NCBI GenBank assembly: GCA_947630455.1
Contig: CANRHP010000004.1
Location: 20,414 to 84,413, forward strand
Direction of reading: 5' to 3'
Length of the DNA stretch: 64,000 nt
Source of the DNA: an uncultured Clostridia bacterium
GTDB lineage: Bacteria; Bacillota; Clostridia; Christensenellales; CAG-314
Below the pieces are notes generated by a model. The model worked only from the letters and a program-made list of their open reading frames with translations, was not told where the DNA came from and searched no databases. Shown here piece after piece: positions 36,791-46,359 of the stretch. The number at the start of each line of letters is the position of its first letter. Within the stretch, counting starts at the first letter, position 1. The position numbers were made by a program, and so were the translations under genes.

Positions 36791-39451
36791 ATGAAATCAC
36801 ACAAAAGAAAAAATATTTTATTACTATTGTTGATATTGGCGCTTTGTGTTTGTGTATGTACATTAGTTGCATGTCACAATTCCAACGGCACTACACCCGA
36901 AAAACCCAATCCGCCTACAAAGGATCCTACCGGTACTACCCAACAGCACACGCATAATTATATACTGAGCTCAACGATCCCTGCTACCTGTACGGAAAAG
37001 GGCAGTAATATATACGTATGCGCTTGTGGGAGCGGCTATACCGACCCGATCCCCGCATTGGGACATGATTTGATTTATGTATCGTCGGATGACGGTGAAA
37101 CACACTGCAAGATGTGTCGTCGCTGCGACTACAAAACAGAAAAGGAAGCGCACAGCTACGACAATATTGTCGATGTAAGGCATGCCACATGTACGGAGGA
37201 AGGCTTGCAGACTGCAACGTGTGAGTGCGGTGCGTCGGTTTCGCAGATTTTATCTAAGCTCGATCACAAATTTAATGTTTACAAATACGATGACGGTGAG
37301 CATTGGAGGGTATGTGAAATGTGTCTGATGCCGCAGCCGAACAGTCGCGTCAGCCACAGCTTTGATACACAAAAGAGCTTCAATGCGGCTACTTGTACCG
37401 AGCAGGGCAGCATGGTGATGCAATGCCGTTGCGGCGCAACCGAAGAAACTATACTTCCCGTTGTACCTCACGATTTTCAATACAATCACAACGATACGGA
37501 GCATTGGAAACAGTGCAGCTCATGCACGCTTGAGCAGAAAGGAAGTCGGGCAGCGCACAATATGCAACTGTCCTCGCAAAGTGCAACATGTGTCAAAGAC
37601 GGGGTAACGGTCACATTCTGCGATTGTGGTTTGTCTCAAACTGAAACAACGCCGGCATTGGGGCACAATACGGACAAATCGGTTTTTGCTTATCGCAATG
37701 ATGAGGGGCATTTTTACAGCTGCAAGCGCTGCGGCGAAACGGTAAAGGAACAGCATACTCTTGAGGACGCTGACTGTCCCGACGGGCGCAACAAAGCGCC
37801 TGCATGCAGTGTTCAAGGGCATCAGGACAAGAAGTGTTCTGTATGCGGCTATACTTTTCACACAACAATACCTGCCGCAGGACACAAATATAAATACGAC
37901 GAAACAACTCGCAAGGAACCCACATGCACGCAAAAGGGCAGTGTGGAAAAGGTGTGCTCCGTTTGCGGAGACAGACAAACAGAAACAATCCCAACCATCG
38001 ATCATATTTGGGCAAAAGCTTGGCAGTCGGACGACAGCAGCCATTGGCACACATGCACCGTATGCGGAGCAAAACAAAGTGCAGCAGGGCACAGCTACGT
38101 AACGCAGGACAGCAAGGCTGCCACCTGTCTGACAGAGGGCTATACAAAAGAAAAATGCTCTGAATGTGAACACATCCGAACAACCGTTCTGCCAAAGGGA
38201 GAGCACAACTATCAGCTCGATCCCGTTGATTACCGCGATGCAACATGCACGGAACAGGGATATCATTGGTACGAATGTTCCGTTTGCCACGACAGAAAAA
38301 AAGAGTATGAAGATCTGTTGCCCCACAATATTGTCTCAGTTTCCGCCAAGGCGGCGACAGAAACCGAAAAGGGCTGGGTGGAGCATTTTGCCTGCACATT
38401 TTGCGGGAAAAAATTCAAGACACAAACAGATCAGTTTCCTCTCACGGACGAAGATGTTTATCTCCCTGCCCTAACGCCTATGGAGCTGAGAAGTATCGCC
38501 GAATTAAAAAATGTCGCGAAGGATTTTCTCGATGTTCCCAGCATAGAGAAATATCAGATTTCTGCGTCGGTATTTATGATACAGGACAACGCTATTTGGC
38601 TAACTGATGACAGTGATGACATTATTTTTACCGTTAATGATACCAAATACGCGTTAAATACAATTAACGAAGGCGATATCGTCACTCTTAAAGGATGTTT
38701 GCTTGGTACAAGCGACGGCGCAGATCTGGTGGATTTGGAAATAGTGTCCGTAGACGACGGCAAGCCTAACACGGTAACCGTAACGGCAGATATGACCTTT
38801 GAAGCCCAGCCCGACAAATTTTATGCTCATTCGAGTTCCGCTTATTATACGTTTGTAAATTACATTTCGGTCACTCAAAGCTGCTATTACGATCAACCTA
38901 TTTTGGGTGAAACGCTGCACTTCGAGTATGTTGACTACAGCGGTGTACTTATCGGCAGCTTTGTTATCAACGGTAAATCCTACACAATGCATAACGGTTC
39001 GTTGGACTACGAGGTCAAAGGCGATGTAAATATCCAAGTGACATTTGCAGAGTATCCTCTCAACATTGTATCGGTTGAGGAAATTGTTACAACACCAAGC
39101 GGAGTGGATGTGGAGGTTGATCCCTACATAACTTATCGCTACGACGGCAATGCCAATACGTACGGACGGTTGTATGCAAACTCTCATTTGCGCTTTACTG
39201 TCACAAATGCATATATAACGCGCATAGAAATAGAATTTGAGGAATTTAATCAAAACGACAAACTGAAAAACAATCTCATTTATTTGGGCAGTGATCTAAA
39301 TCATAAAGCACAAGTTGCGTACAAGCTTGATGGACTCAAAGTGGTGTTGAATTTCGACGTCGCTAAAAAGTACGCGTTTTTTGAGTACAGCGCGGTTGCA
39401 CAGGCGCGTATAAAAACTCTTATTATACAGTACGAAACATATAATACATAA
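36791..39451 (+). CDS. Lipoprotein with a tandem Cys/His-rich module array and a C-terminal beta-rich region
   Basis: Lipobox CTLVAC-HNS. About 9 modules of ATCTE.G....C.CG.......P..GH alternate with about 5 modules of DD..HW..C..C.......H (aa 53-545). The C-terminal 340 aa lack Cys. Confidence 0.8.
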   Translation: MKSHKRKNILLLLLILALCVCVCTLVACHNSNGTTPEKPNPPTKDPTGTTQQHTHNYILSSTIPATCTEKGSNIYVCACGSGYTDPIPALGHDLIYVSSDDGETHCKMCRRCDYKTEKEAHSYDNIVDVRHATCTEEGLQTATCECGASVSQILSKLDHKFNVYKYDDGEHWRVCEMCLMPQPNSRVSHSFDTQKSFNAATCTEQGSMVMQCRCGATEETILPVVPHDFQYNHNDTEHWKQCSSCTLEQKGSRAAHNMQLSSQSATCVKDGVTVTFCDCGLSQTETTPALGHNTDKSVFAYRNDEGHFYSCKRCGETVKEQHTLEDADCPDGRNKAPACSVQGHQDKKCSVCGYTFHTTIPAAGHKYKYDETTRKEPTCTQKGSVEKVCSVCGDRQTETIPTIDHIWAKAWQSDDSSHWHTCTVCGAKQSAAGHSYVTQDSKAATCLTEGYTKEKCSECEHIRTTVLPKGEHNYQLDPVDYRDATCTEQGYHWYECSVCHDRKKEYEDLLPHNIVSVSAKAATETEKGWVEHFACTFCGKKFKTQTDQFPLTDEDVYLPALTPMELRSIAELKNVAKDFLDVPSIEKYQISASVFMIQDNAIWLTDDSDDIIFTVNDTKYALNTINEGDIVTLKGCLLGTSDGADLVDLEIVSVDDGKPNTVTVTADMTFEAQPDKFYAHSSSAYYTFVNYISVTQSCYYDQPILGETLHFEYVDYSGVLIGSFVINGKSYTMHNGSLDYEVKGDVNIQVTFAEYPLNIVSVEEIVTTPSGVDVEVDPYITYRYDGNANTYGRLYANSHLRFTVTNAYITRIEIEFEEFNQNDKLKNNLIYLGSDLNHKAQVAYKLDGLKVVLNFDVAKKYAFFEYSAVAQARIKTLIIQYETYNT
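36947..38425 (+). repeat. Coding tandem array of Cys/His modules (protein-level repeat; DNA copies are diverged)
   Basis: Periodic recurrence of the motifs above when reading the translation. Confidence 0.75.
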
Positions 39452-39471
39452 TCTCAATATAAAAATAAATC

Positions 39472-39499
39472 GGAGCGACTGAAAAAGCCGCTCCCTTTT
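39472..39499. terminator. Rho-independent terminator between convergent genes
   Basis: GGAGCG-loop-CGCTCC hairpin followed by CTTTTC. Confidence 0.55.
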
Positions 39500-39550
39500 C
39501 AATTGTTCATTACGATATGCCGTATACAATGCAGCGCAGTTAAAAAGTTG

Positions 39551-40348
39551 TTACTGCAAATAGTTGGCGCGAAGCCTCTGCACCTCACTGTCCGTTACTC
39601 CGCAGTGACGTACAAAGCTATCCGCACTGCCGAAATTACGTTCTATTTCGTTCCAAAAGCTTTCCAAATAGCTTTGTTCCACAAGCAGCATAGATCTTAC
39701 CAACTCCAGCCTGTCTGCGGATACGTGCGGACGTACCTTTGCAAGAATACTTTGCGCATGTTCGTTTACCTGTTCGTTGGTTTGCAGATAGTCGTACATT
39801 ATATCGTCACGGCTTGCTCCAAGGCAATGAAGCAGCAGCGCCGTGCAGGTACCGCATCGGTCTTTGCCGCCGCTGCAGTGCCACAATGTTGCGCCGTCAA
39901 TGGGTTTATTTGCAAGTATTTTGAGAAATTTACCGTATCCCTCGTGACTATGCGGATTTTCCGCAAATTGACGGTATAATATGCGCATATGCTCCATTGG
40001 CGTTTCGCCGCGCGCCAGCATGCGGTCGATGCCTGCTTGCAGCTTGACGGCGATCGTGGGGCCATCCAGCGTTTCGTAACTGATGCCAAAGGTGGTGGCG
40101 CTCATAATGGATATATTGACGAACTCCACATCATCCATACTGCCGTCGGGATGATTGGCTATTTCCGTCGGTGTACGCAAGTCGATCACTCGTCCCAATC
40201 CGTGTTTTTTGAGAGTTGCTGTGTCATTTGCGCTGATAATGCTAAGGTGTCCCGACCGTATCAGACGGTTATATTGTATCTTTCCGTATGGCGTCACAAT
40301 GCCGCCCAAATCGCGTGCGTTTGCAACCTGCTCCAAATCTATTTTCAT
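39551..40348 (-). CDS. Protein-tyrosine phosphatase-like protein (Y_phosphatase3 type)
   Basis: HCSGGKDRCG, which is the HCX5R(S/T)-type catalytic P-loop. Confidence 0.8.
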   Translation of the reverse strand: MKIDLEQVANARDLGGIVTPYGKIQYNRLIRSGHLSIISANDTATLKKHGLGRVIDLRTPTEIANHPDGSMDDVEFVNISIMSATTFGISYETLDGPTIAVKLQAGIDRMLARGETPMEHMRILYRQFAENPHSHEGYGKFLKILANKPIDGATLWHCSGGKDRCGTCTALLLHCLGASRDDIMYDYLQTNEQVNEHAQSILAKVRPHVSADRLELVRSMLLVEQSYLESFWNEIERNFGSADSFVRHCGVTDSEVQRLRANYLQ

Positions 40349-40349
40349 A

Positions 40350-40961
40350 TCAGTTCAACTTTTTCTTGATGCCGTCGATTATCATATTTATGGCAATTTC
40401 GTTGTGACCGCCCTGCGGTATTATCAAATCGGCTTTAGCCTTGGACGGCTCTACAAATTGTTCGTGCATGGGCTTGACAGTGGTGAGATATTGATGAACT
40501 ACCGAATCCATACTGCGCCCGCGTTCCTTCACGTCACGTGTCAGACGGCGTATAAAGCGTACATCGGCGTCGGCGTCTACGAATAATTTTATGTCGCAAA
40601 GACGGCACAGTCTACTATCGGTGTATATCAAAATGCCCTCCGCTATGATGATTTTTGCACTGTCCATTTTTTGCCACTGAACATTGCGCATGTGCTGTGT
40701 AAAATCGTAGGTGGGGTGCATAATGGAATTGCCTTTTTTCAGCTCTTTTATATGCTCAATCATCAAATCGGTATCCAAGCTGTCGGGATGATCGTAGTTG
40801 AGCAGCGCCCTTTCCTCTAACGACAGGTCGTCATGCTGTTTATAGTAAAAGTCGTGACTGAGCAATATCGCATCGTTGCCGAATGCCTCAAAAAGCCTTT
40901 CGGCTACGGTGGTTTTGCCCGAAGCTGTTCCGCCTGCGATACCGATTACAATATTCATCAT
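40350..40961 (-). CDS. udk: Uridine kinase
   Basis: P-loop IGIAGGTASGKTT and the udk-like DHPDS.D motif; 203 aa. Confidence 0.9.
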   Translation of the reverse strand: MMNIVIGIAGGTASGKTTVAERLFEAFGNDAILLSHDFYYKQHDDLSLEERALLNYDHPDSLDTDLMIEHIKELKKGNSIMHPTYDFTQHMRNVQWQKMDSAKIIIAEGILIYTDSRLCRLCDIKLFVDADADVRFIRRLTRDVKERGRSMDSVVHQYLTTVKPMHEQFVEPSKAKADLIIPQGGHNEIAINMIIDGIKKKLN

Positions 40962-40980
40962 GGGTTACCTCGCCGTTGAT

Positions 40981-41010
40981 ATTTTAACATTGCAGACTGC
41001 TTATTGTCAA
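40981..41010 (-). promoter_or_regulatory. Sigma-A type promoter of the udk operon (TTGACA-18 bp-TAAAAT on the minus strand)
   Basis: Reverse complement of 41005-41010 is TTGACA; reverse complement of 40981-40986 is TAAAAT. Confidence 0.55.
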
Positions 41011-41237
41011 ATATATTTGTTTCGTGGCAAAAACGGCTAATAAGTAGCAGTTATATAAAAGATTATGAGCCGGTTGCAGCTTCGGGCATGCGGTTTTTCC
41101 CGTAAATGTAAAAGTTATCGAAAAGTAAAGTGTATTTGTCACTTAATTGATCGGTTTACACAGCATTTTGTTTTCATTAAATAACTTCGTCACTCCGAAA
41201 AAAAACGAAATTTTCGCTCTCCACCGACACGACCGGT

Positions 41238-41266
41238 TTGACACAAAATGCGCGGTGCTGTATAAT
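41238..41266 (+). promoter_or_regulatory. Perfect-consensus sigma-A promoter (TTGACA-17 bp-TATAAT) about 400 nt upstream of the next CDS
   Basis: TTGACA 41238-41243, TATAAT 41261-41266. Confidence 0.65.
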
Positions 41267-41662
41267 ATTGCGCAAGGTAATTTCTGAAAATGACAGCAAG
41301 CATTGGGATCAATGTATAGCAAAATCTCGCATAGACAATTGCAATTCGCAGTCAGAATATAATAAATTTCGCAATTTGATAAAAAACTGGTATCTATGTG
41401 GAGCTTGCTGAAATATTTCAGATAGTATGCTATACCGAAAAAATCGGAATAGGTACAAGCTCATCGAAACCAAACGTAAATGTAAGTGTCATTTGAGAAT
41501 TGAACTTAGGCATCGGCCAATCCACTAAAGGAATTTCTCAGATGTGGAATGTTGTCGGAAATTGAACGGAAGAAACAGATTTATAAAAAATTTTTGCGTT
41601 GTTACGCAGGAAAAAATCGCGATTTTCAAAAACGCGAATAACACACATAGGAAAAATTACAA

Positions 41663-44600
41663 ATGATACAATACCGAGCAGGCATAGATATAGGCTCAAC
41701 CACGGTGAAATTGGTTTTGGTTGACAGCAACGGCGAAATAGTATTCGGAGAATACCGCCGTCATTTTTCTCGCACGCAAGCTACGCTTCACAGTCTTTTA
41801 GAGCAAGCAAAGCAGCAATTGGGCAGTTGTTCTCTCCTTGTGAATATCACGGGATCGGGAGGTATAGGACTCGGCAAAGCGCTGGGCATTAATTTCGTAC
41901 AGGAGGTTGTTGCAACAAGTGCGGCAGTCAAAAAAATAGTGCCGATGACTGATGTGGCAATTGAGCTGGGCGGTGAGGATGCTAAAATTATTTACTTTGG
42001 CAGTACAGTAGAAGAACGAATGAACGGTGTATGTGCCGGAGGCACAGGTTCTTTTATAGACCAGATGGCTTCTCTGCTTCAAACGGACGCGCAGGGTCTG
42101 AACGAAGCGGCAAAAGAATATAAAACAATTTATCCTATTGCCGCCCGTTGCGGAGTATTTGCAAAGACGGATATTCAACCGCTTATCAATGATGGGGCGA
42201 CAAAAGCGGATCTGGCTGTATCCGTGTTTCAGGCTGTTGTCAATCAAACGATCTCGGGTCTTGCTCAGGGCAAGCCCATACGCGGAACCGTAGCATTTCT
42301 GGGTGGCCCCTTGCATTACTTGTCCGAGTTGAAAAAAGCATTCGTTCGCACGCTGCATTTAACAAACGAAACGGCGCTGGATCCCGACAATTCTCACTTG
42401 TTTGCGGCTTACGGAGCGGCAATAAACTCCGGTTGTACGGCGGTGGACATGGTTAAGCTGCTGCACAAATTGGAGCACGGGGTGCAAGTTGAGGACGAAA
42501 TAAAGCGTTTGCCTCCTCTTTTCGAAGGTGCACAGGATTACAAGGAATTTTGTGAGCGCCACAGCCGGGCAAGAGTTTCAAAGGGCGTTTTGACTGACTA
42601 CAAAGGAAACTGTTTTTTGGGAGTGGACGCGGGTTCAACAACAACGAAGATCGCTCTTATCGGGGAAAAAGGCGAATTGTTGTTTTGGCACTATGCAAAC
42701 AACAACGGAAATCCTATTCGAACTGCGGTGTATGCCCTCGAACAGCTGCGCAGTCGGATACCGCCTACTGCGAAAATTGTCCGCGCGTGTTCTACCGGTT
42801 ATGGTGAGTCCTTGCTAAAAACGGCGCTGTGTCTTGATGACGGCGAAGTGGAAACGATCGCGCACACCAAAGCCGCGGCATTTTTTGACAAGGACGTCGA
42901 TTGCGTTTTGGATATTGGCGGTCAGGATATGAAGTATATCCGATTGAAGGACGGCTATGTGGATTCGGTCGTATTAAACGAAGCGTGCTCGTCGGGCTGC
43001 GGTTCGTTTATAGAGAATTTCGCTAATTCTCTCAATTTGACCGTAAGCGAATTCGCTAGTAAAGCTCTGTTTGCTCCCGCTCCCGTGGATTTGGGCACTC
43101 GGTGTACGGTTTTCATGAATTCCAACGTCAAACAAGCGCAAAAGGAGGGCATAAGCGTAGAAAACATTTCTGCAGGGCTTGCCTACTCCGTGATAAAAAA
43201 CGCATTGTACAAGGTGATAAAGCTTACAAATCCGCAGCAGCTGGGGCGCAATGTTGTAGTTCAGGGCGGTACATTTTACAACCAAGCGGTATTGCGCGCA
43301 TTTGAAAAAATAGCAAATGTACAGGCAGTCTGTCCGGATATTGCAGGTATTATGGGCGCATTCGGCGCAGCGTTGATTGCCAAAGAACGGTATGACGGCG
43401 GCTCCTCCTCAATGTTGCTGTTGGATGAAGTTTCTTCCTTGAGTTACACAACTACCACCGCGCACTGTAAAGGCTGCGTAAACAATTGTATGCTCACAGT
43501 AAATACTTTTTCCGGTGGTCGCAAACACATAACAGGTAATAGGTGTGAGCGAGGTTTGGGCATAAAGACAACGGCAGCTAAGGGTGCGAATTTGGTGGAG
43601 TACAAGCGTAAGCGCATTTTCGAATACGCCGCGTTGGAGCATGCACCGAGAGGGGATATCGGTATTCCGAGAGTACTCAATATCTACGAAAATTTTCCTT
43701 TTTGGGCAACTTTTTTTCGTGAATTGGGCTTCAAGGTGGTTCTGTCGCCGCAATCCAACAGACAGTTGTACGAGCTGGGAATGGAATCGATTCCCTCCGA
43801 ATCCGAGTGTTATCCCGCAAAGCTTGCGCACGGACATGTTCAATGGCTTATTGACAACGGAATTAAAACAATTTTTCACCCATGTGTGTTTTATGAGCGC
43901 TGCGAGACGAAGCATGCGCAAAATCATTACAACTGTCCCATTGTGGTATCCTATGCAGAAAATCTTAAAAATAACGTGGAGGATATAGCGGACAAGGGTG
44001 TGAAGTATATACGCCCGTTCTTGGCTTTTACCGACAAAAGAACCGTGGAAAAAGCGTTGATAAGGCTGTGTCGTGATGTGTGGAAAATCTCCGCCTGCGA
44101 GGTACGCCGTGCTGTTGGGCTTGCTTGGAACGAACAACTTGCGGCAAAGTCCGACATTTGTACCGAAGGTGCGCGTGTGCTTAAAGAAATGCGCAAGAGC
44201 GGCAGAAACGGTATTGTTTTGGCGGGGCGTCCTTATCATATCGACAGGGAAATAAATCACGGGATTGCAGAATTGATCGCTTCCTACGGTTTTGATGTTT
44301 TTACGGAAGACAGTCTGCCGATAGACTTTGAGCCCTCGCGTCCGTTGCGGGTCGTTGATCAATGGACATATCATTCGAGACTGTACAATGCTGCGGAATT
44401 TGTTTCTCGATGTGACGATTTGGAATTGGTTCAATTAAACTCCTTCGGCTGCGGATTGGATGCGGTCACGACCGATCAGGTCAGTGAGATTCTGGAAAAA
44501 AATCGCAAGCTTTACACTGTATTGAAAATAGATGAAGTAAACAATCTCGGCGCAGTACGTATCAGGATACGGAGCTTGATTGCGGCAATAAAAATGCGGC

Positions 44601-45871
44601 AAAAAAAGAATATAAAACCGTTGTATCAATCAGTTGCTTACAACCGTTCGCAATATACCCAACAAATGAACGCTTCGGGGTATACAATACTTGCCCCGCA
44701 AATGAGTCCCATTCATTTTGATATAGTTGAGCCCGTTTTCAGGAAATACGGCTACAATTTTGAATTGTTGCGCAACGATAACAAGCGCGCAGTCGATTTC
44801 GGCTTGCAATACGTCAACAACGATGCCTGTTATCCGTCAATATTAACCGTCGGGCAAATAATGGAGGCAGTGCTGTCCGGACGTTATGATACCGACAGAC
44901 TCGCAGTAATGATGACTCAAACCGGCGGCTGCTGCAGAGCAAGCAACTATGTGGCATTTATTCGCAGGGCTTTGGATAAAGCGGGATTGTCGCATATTCC
45001 CGTTATTTCTCTCAATGCCAATGGAATAGAAGAAAACGGCGGCTTTAAACCGACCTTCAATTTGGTGTACGACGCAGCAAAGGCGATAGTGTATGGCGAT
45101 TTGTTGATGCGTTGTCTGTATCATGTTCGTCCTTACGAACAGCAGTCAGGCTCTGCAAATGCTCTTTTTGACAAATGGAAAACAATTTGTATCCAGTCGC
45201 TTGTAAGCAAGCACTGTAATTATAAATACAAGGATATCTGCAAACAACTTGTGCGGGAATTTGATGAGCTGCCCTTGGTTGAAGGCTTGAAAAAGCCTCG
45301 TGTGGGAATAGTGGGAGAGATTCTCGTCAAATATATGCCGCTTGCCAACAACAATTTGGTGGAGCTGCTGGAAAAAGAGGGCGCGGAAGCAGTCGTCCCG
45401 GATTTGATGGACTTTATGAATTACAGCTTGTACAATCAGAAGTATAGAAGCGAGCATTATTTTACAAGCGGTATTGCTTTACAGAAGTGTCGTCTGGGAC
45501 TTTGGGCAATCAAAACGATACGTAAACCCGCTATTGAGGCACTTGCTGCAAGCAAACGTTTTGAAGCGCCGATGCCGATTGATAAGATCGCCGAAATGAC
45601 CAAGCCGTATCTGTCTATTGGCAATCAGTATGGCGAGGGGTGGTTTTTGACGGGTGAGATGCTGGAGCTTTTGACATCAGGAACGGATAATATTGTATGT
45701 ATACAGCCATTTGCCTGTTTGCCTAACCATGTCGTGGGTAAAGGTGTACTTAAAACCTTAAAGGTACATTATCCCAGTGCAAATATAGTCGCCGTAGATT
45801 ACGACCCCGGAGCAAGCGAGGTTAATCAACTAAATCGAATTAAGTTGATGCTGTCACAAGCGGAAGCATAA
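41663..45871 (+). CDS. Fusion of two BcrAD/BadFG-type activase ATPase domains with a 2-hydroxyacyl-CoA dehydratase-related (DUF2229-type) region
   Basis: Two actin-fold ATPase starts (GIDIGSTTVKLVL; GVDAGSTTTKIAL), each followed by a CAGGTG/CSSGCG-like cluster segment. Long C-terminal region of about 750 aa. Confidence 0.8.
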   Translation: MIQYRAGIDIGSTTVKLVLVDSNGEIVFGEYRRHFSRTQATLHSLLEQAKQQLGSCSLLVNITGSGGIGLGKALGINFVQEVVATSAAVKKIVPMTDVAIELGGEDAKIIYFGSTVEERMNGVCAGGTGSFIDQMASLLQTDAQGLNEAAKEYKTIYPIAARCGVFAKTDIQPLINDGATKADLAVSVFQAVVNQTISGLAQGKPIRGTVAFLGGPLHYLSELKKAFVRTLHLTNETALDPDNSHLFAAYGAAINSGCTAVDMVKLLHKLEHGVQVEDEIKRLPPLFEGAQDYKEFCERHSRARVSKGVLTDYKGNCFLGVDAGSTTTKIALIGEKGELLFWHYANNNGNPIRTAVYALEQLRSRIPPTAKIVRACSTGYGESLLKTALCLDDGEVETIAHTKAAAFFDKDVDCVLDIGGQDMKYIRLKDGYVDSVVLNEACSSGCGSFIENFANSLNLTVSEFASKALFAPAPVDLGTRCTVFMNSNVKQAQKEGISVENISAGLAYSVIKNALYKVIKLTNPQQLGRNVVVQGGTFYNQAVLRAFEKIANVQAVCPDIAGIMGAFGAALIAKERYDGGSSSMLLLDEVSSLSYTTTTAHCKGCVNNCMLTVNTFSGGRKHITGNRCERGLGIKTTAAKGANLVEYKRKRIFEYAALEHAPRGDIGIPRVLNIYENFPFWATFFRELGFKVVLSPQSNRQLYELGMESIPSESECYPAKLAHGHVQWLIDNGIKTIFHPCVFYERCETKHAQNHYNCPIVVSYAENLKNNVEDIADKGVKYIRPFLAFTDKRTVEKALIRLCRDVWKISACEVRRAVGLAWNEQLAAKSDICTEGARVLKEMRKSGRNGIVLAGRPYHIDREINHGIAELIASYGFDVFTEDSLPIDFEPSRPLRVVDQWTYHSRLYNAAEFVSRCDDLELVQLNSFGCGLDAVTTDQVSEILEKNRKLYTVLKIDEVNNLGAVRIRIRSLIAAIKMRQKKNIKPLYQSVAYNRSQYTQQMNASGYTILAPQMSPIHFDIVEPVFRKYGYNFELLRNDNKRAVDFGLQYVNNDACYPSILTVGQIMEAVLSGRYDTDRLAVMMTQTGGCCRASNYVAFIRRALDKAGLSHIPVISLNANGIEENGGFKPTFNLVYDAAKAIVYGDLLMRCLYHVRPYEQQSGSANALFDKWKTICIQSLVSKHCNYKYKDICKQLVREFDELPLVEGLKKPRVGIVGEILVKYMPLANNNLVELLEKEGAEAVVPDLMDFMNYSLYNQKYRSEHYFTSGIALQKCRLGLWAIKTIRKPAIEALAASKRFEAPMPIDKIAEMTKPYLSIGNQYGEGWFLTGEMLELLTSGTDNIVCIQPFACLPNHVVGKGVLKTLKVHYPSANIVAVDYDPGASEVNQLNRIKLMLSQAEA

Positions 45872-46078
45872 CGATGTGTTTTTGTATGTCCGGTTTTTAT
45901 GCGGTCGAACGTTGTATTCCTTCACTGTGATATGACAATTCCCCGAACGTTTAGTAAAAACATCGGAAAGCTTGAGAAATGACCCGATAAACGGTGCCTT
46001 ACCGGTCACATCAATGTCGGTTTGTTTGGTTATGTTTGGAGCTATGTCAACTAATATTTGCAAAAGTGGTAAATATTA

Positions 46079-46107
46079 TTGACAATTCTGCGTAAAAGTT
46101 CTATACT
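46079..46107 (+). promoter_or_regulatory. Sigma-A type promoter of tRNA-Gln (TTGACA-17 bp-TATACT)
   Basis: TTGACA 46079-46084, TATACT 46102-46107; lies 11 nt before the tRNA 5' end. Confidence 0.65.
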
Positions 46108-46118
46108 GTTTACGTTAT

Positions 46119-46193
46119 TGGGGTATCGCCAAGCGGTAAGGCAACGGATTCTGACTCCGTCATCCGCAGGTTCAAATCCTGCTACCCTAGCCA
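46119..46193 (+). tRNA. tRNA-Gln (anticodon CUG), CCA encoded
   Basis: Cloverleaf read by hand: acceptor TGGGGTA/TACCCTA, anticodon stem ACGGA/TCCGT with loop TTCTGAC, T-arm GCAGG-TTCAAAT-CCTGC. Close to E. coli tRNA-Gln2. Confidence 0.9.
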
Positions 46194-46221
46194 AACAGTT
46201 ACCGTATCGAGCGGTTATAAC

Positions 46222-46250
46222 AAAAGGAACGCATAAATTGCGTTCCTTTT
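46222..46250 (+). terminator. Rho-independent terminator after the tRNA
   Basis: AAAAGGAACGCA-TAAA-TTGCGTTCCTTTT hairpin. Confidence 0.8.
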
Positions 46251-46359
46251 ACGTTGCTTTTTGCAAAGTATTTGGTTTGTGCGCGTATCAAAAAAAACGT
46301 ATGAGTATCGCTCGTGTATATGTATGTTAAGCAAATGCTGCGTGAAACACAGTGCGCGT

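Noticed and set aside
37520-38399. Two overlapping minus-strand ORFs of about 265 aa inside the Cys/His lipoprotein gene
   Set aside because: They are antisense to a frame with a strong periodic motif, lipobox, promoter and RBS. Their products are Cys/Arg-rich only as a mirror of the sense repeats.
41272-41662. 6S RNA or another named sRNA downstream of the perfect promoter at 41238
   Set aside because: I could not pair the 5' and 3' ends into the long closed helix with a central bubble expected of 6S RNA, and no terminator defines a discrete product. It is kept only as an unexplained leader in the findings.
43409-44434. 341-aa minus-strand ORF inside the activase fusion gene
   Set aside because: It is antisense to a recognisable conserved protein and has no translation signals.
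45854-46063. 69-aa minus-strand ORF between the activase gene and the tRNA
   Set aside because: It overlaps the end of the activase CDS, has no SD and contains no recognisable motif. It is likely non-coding.
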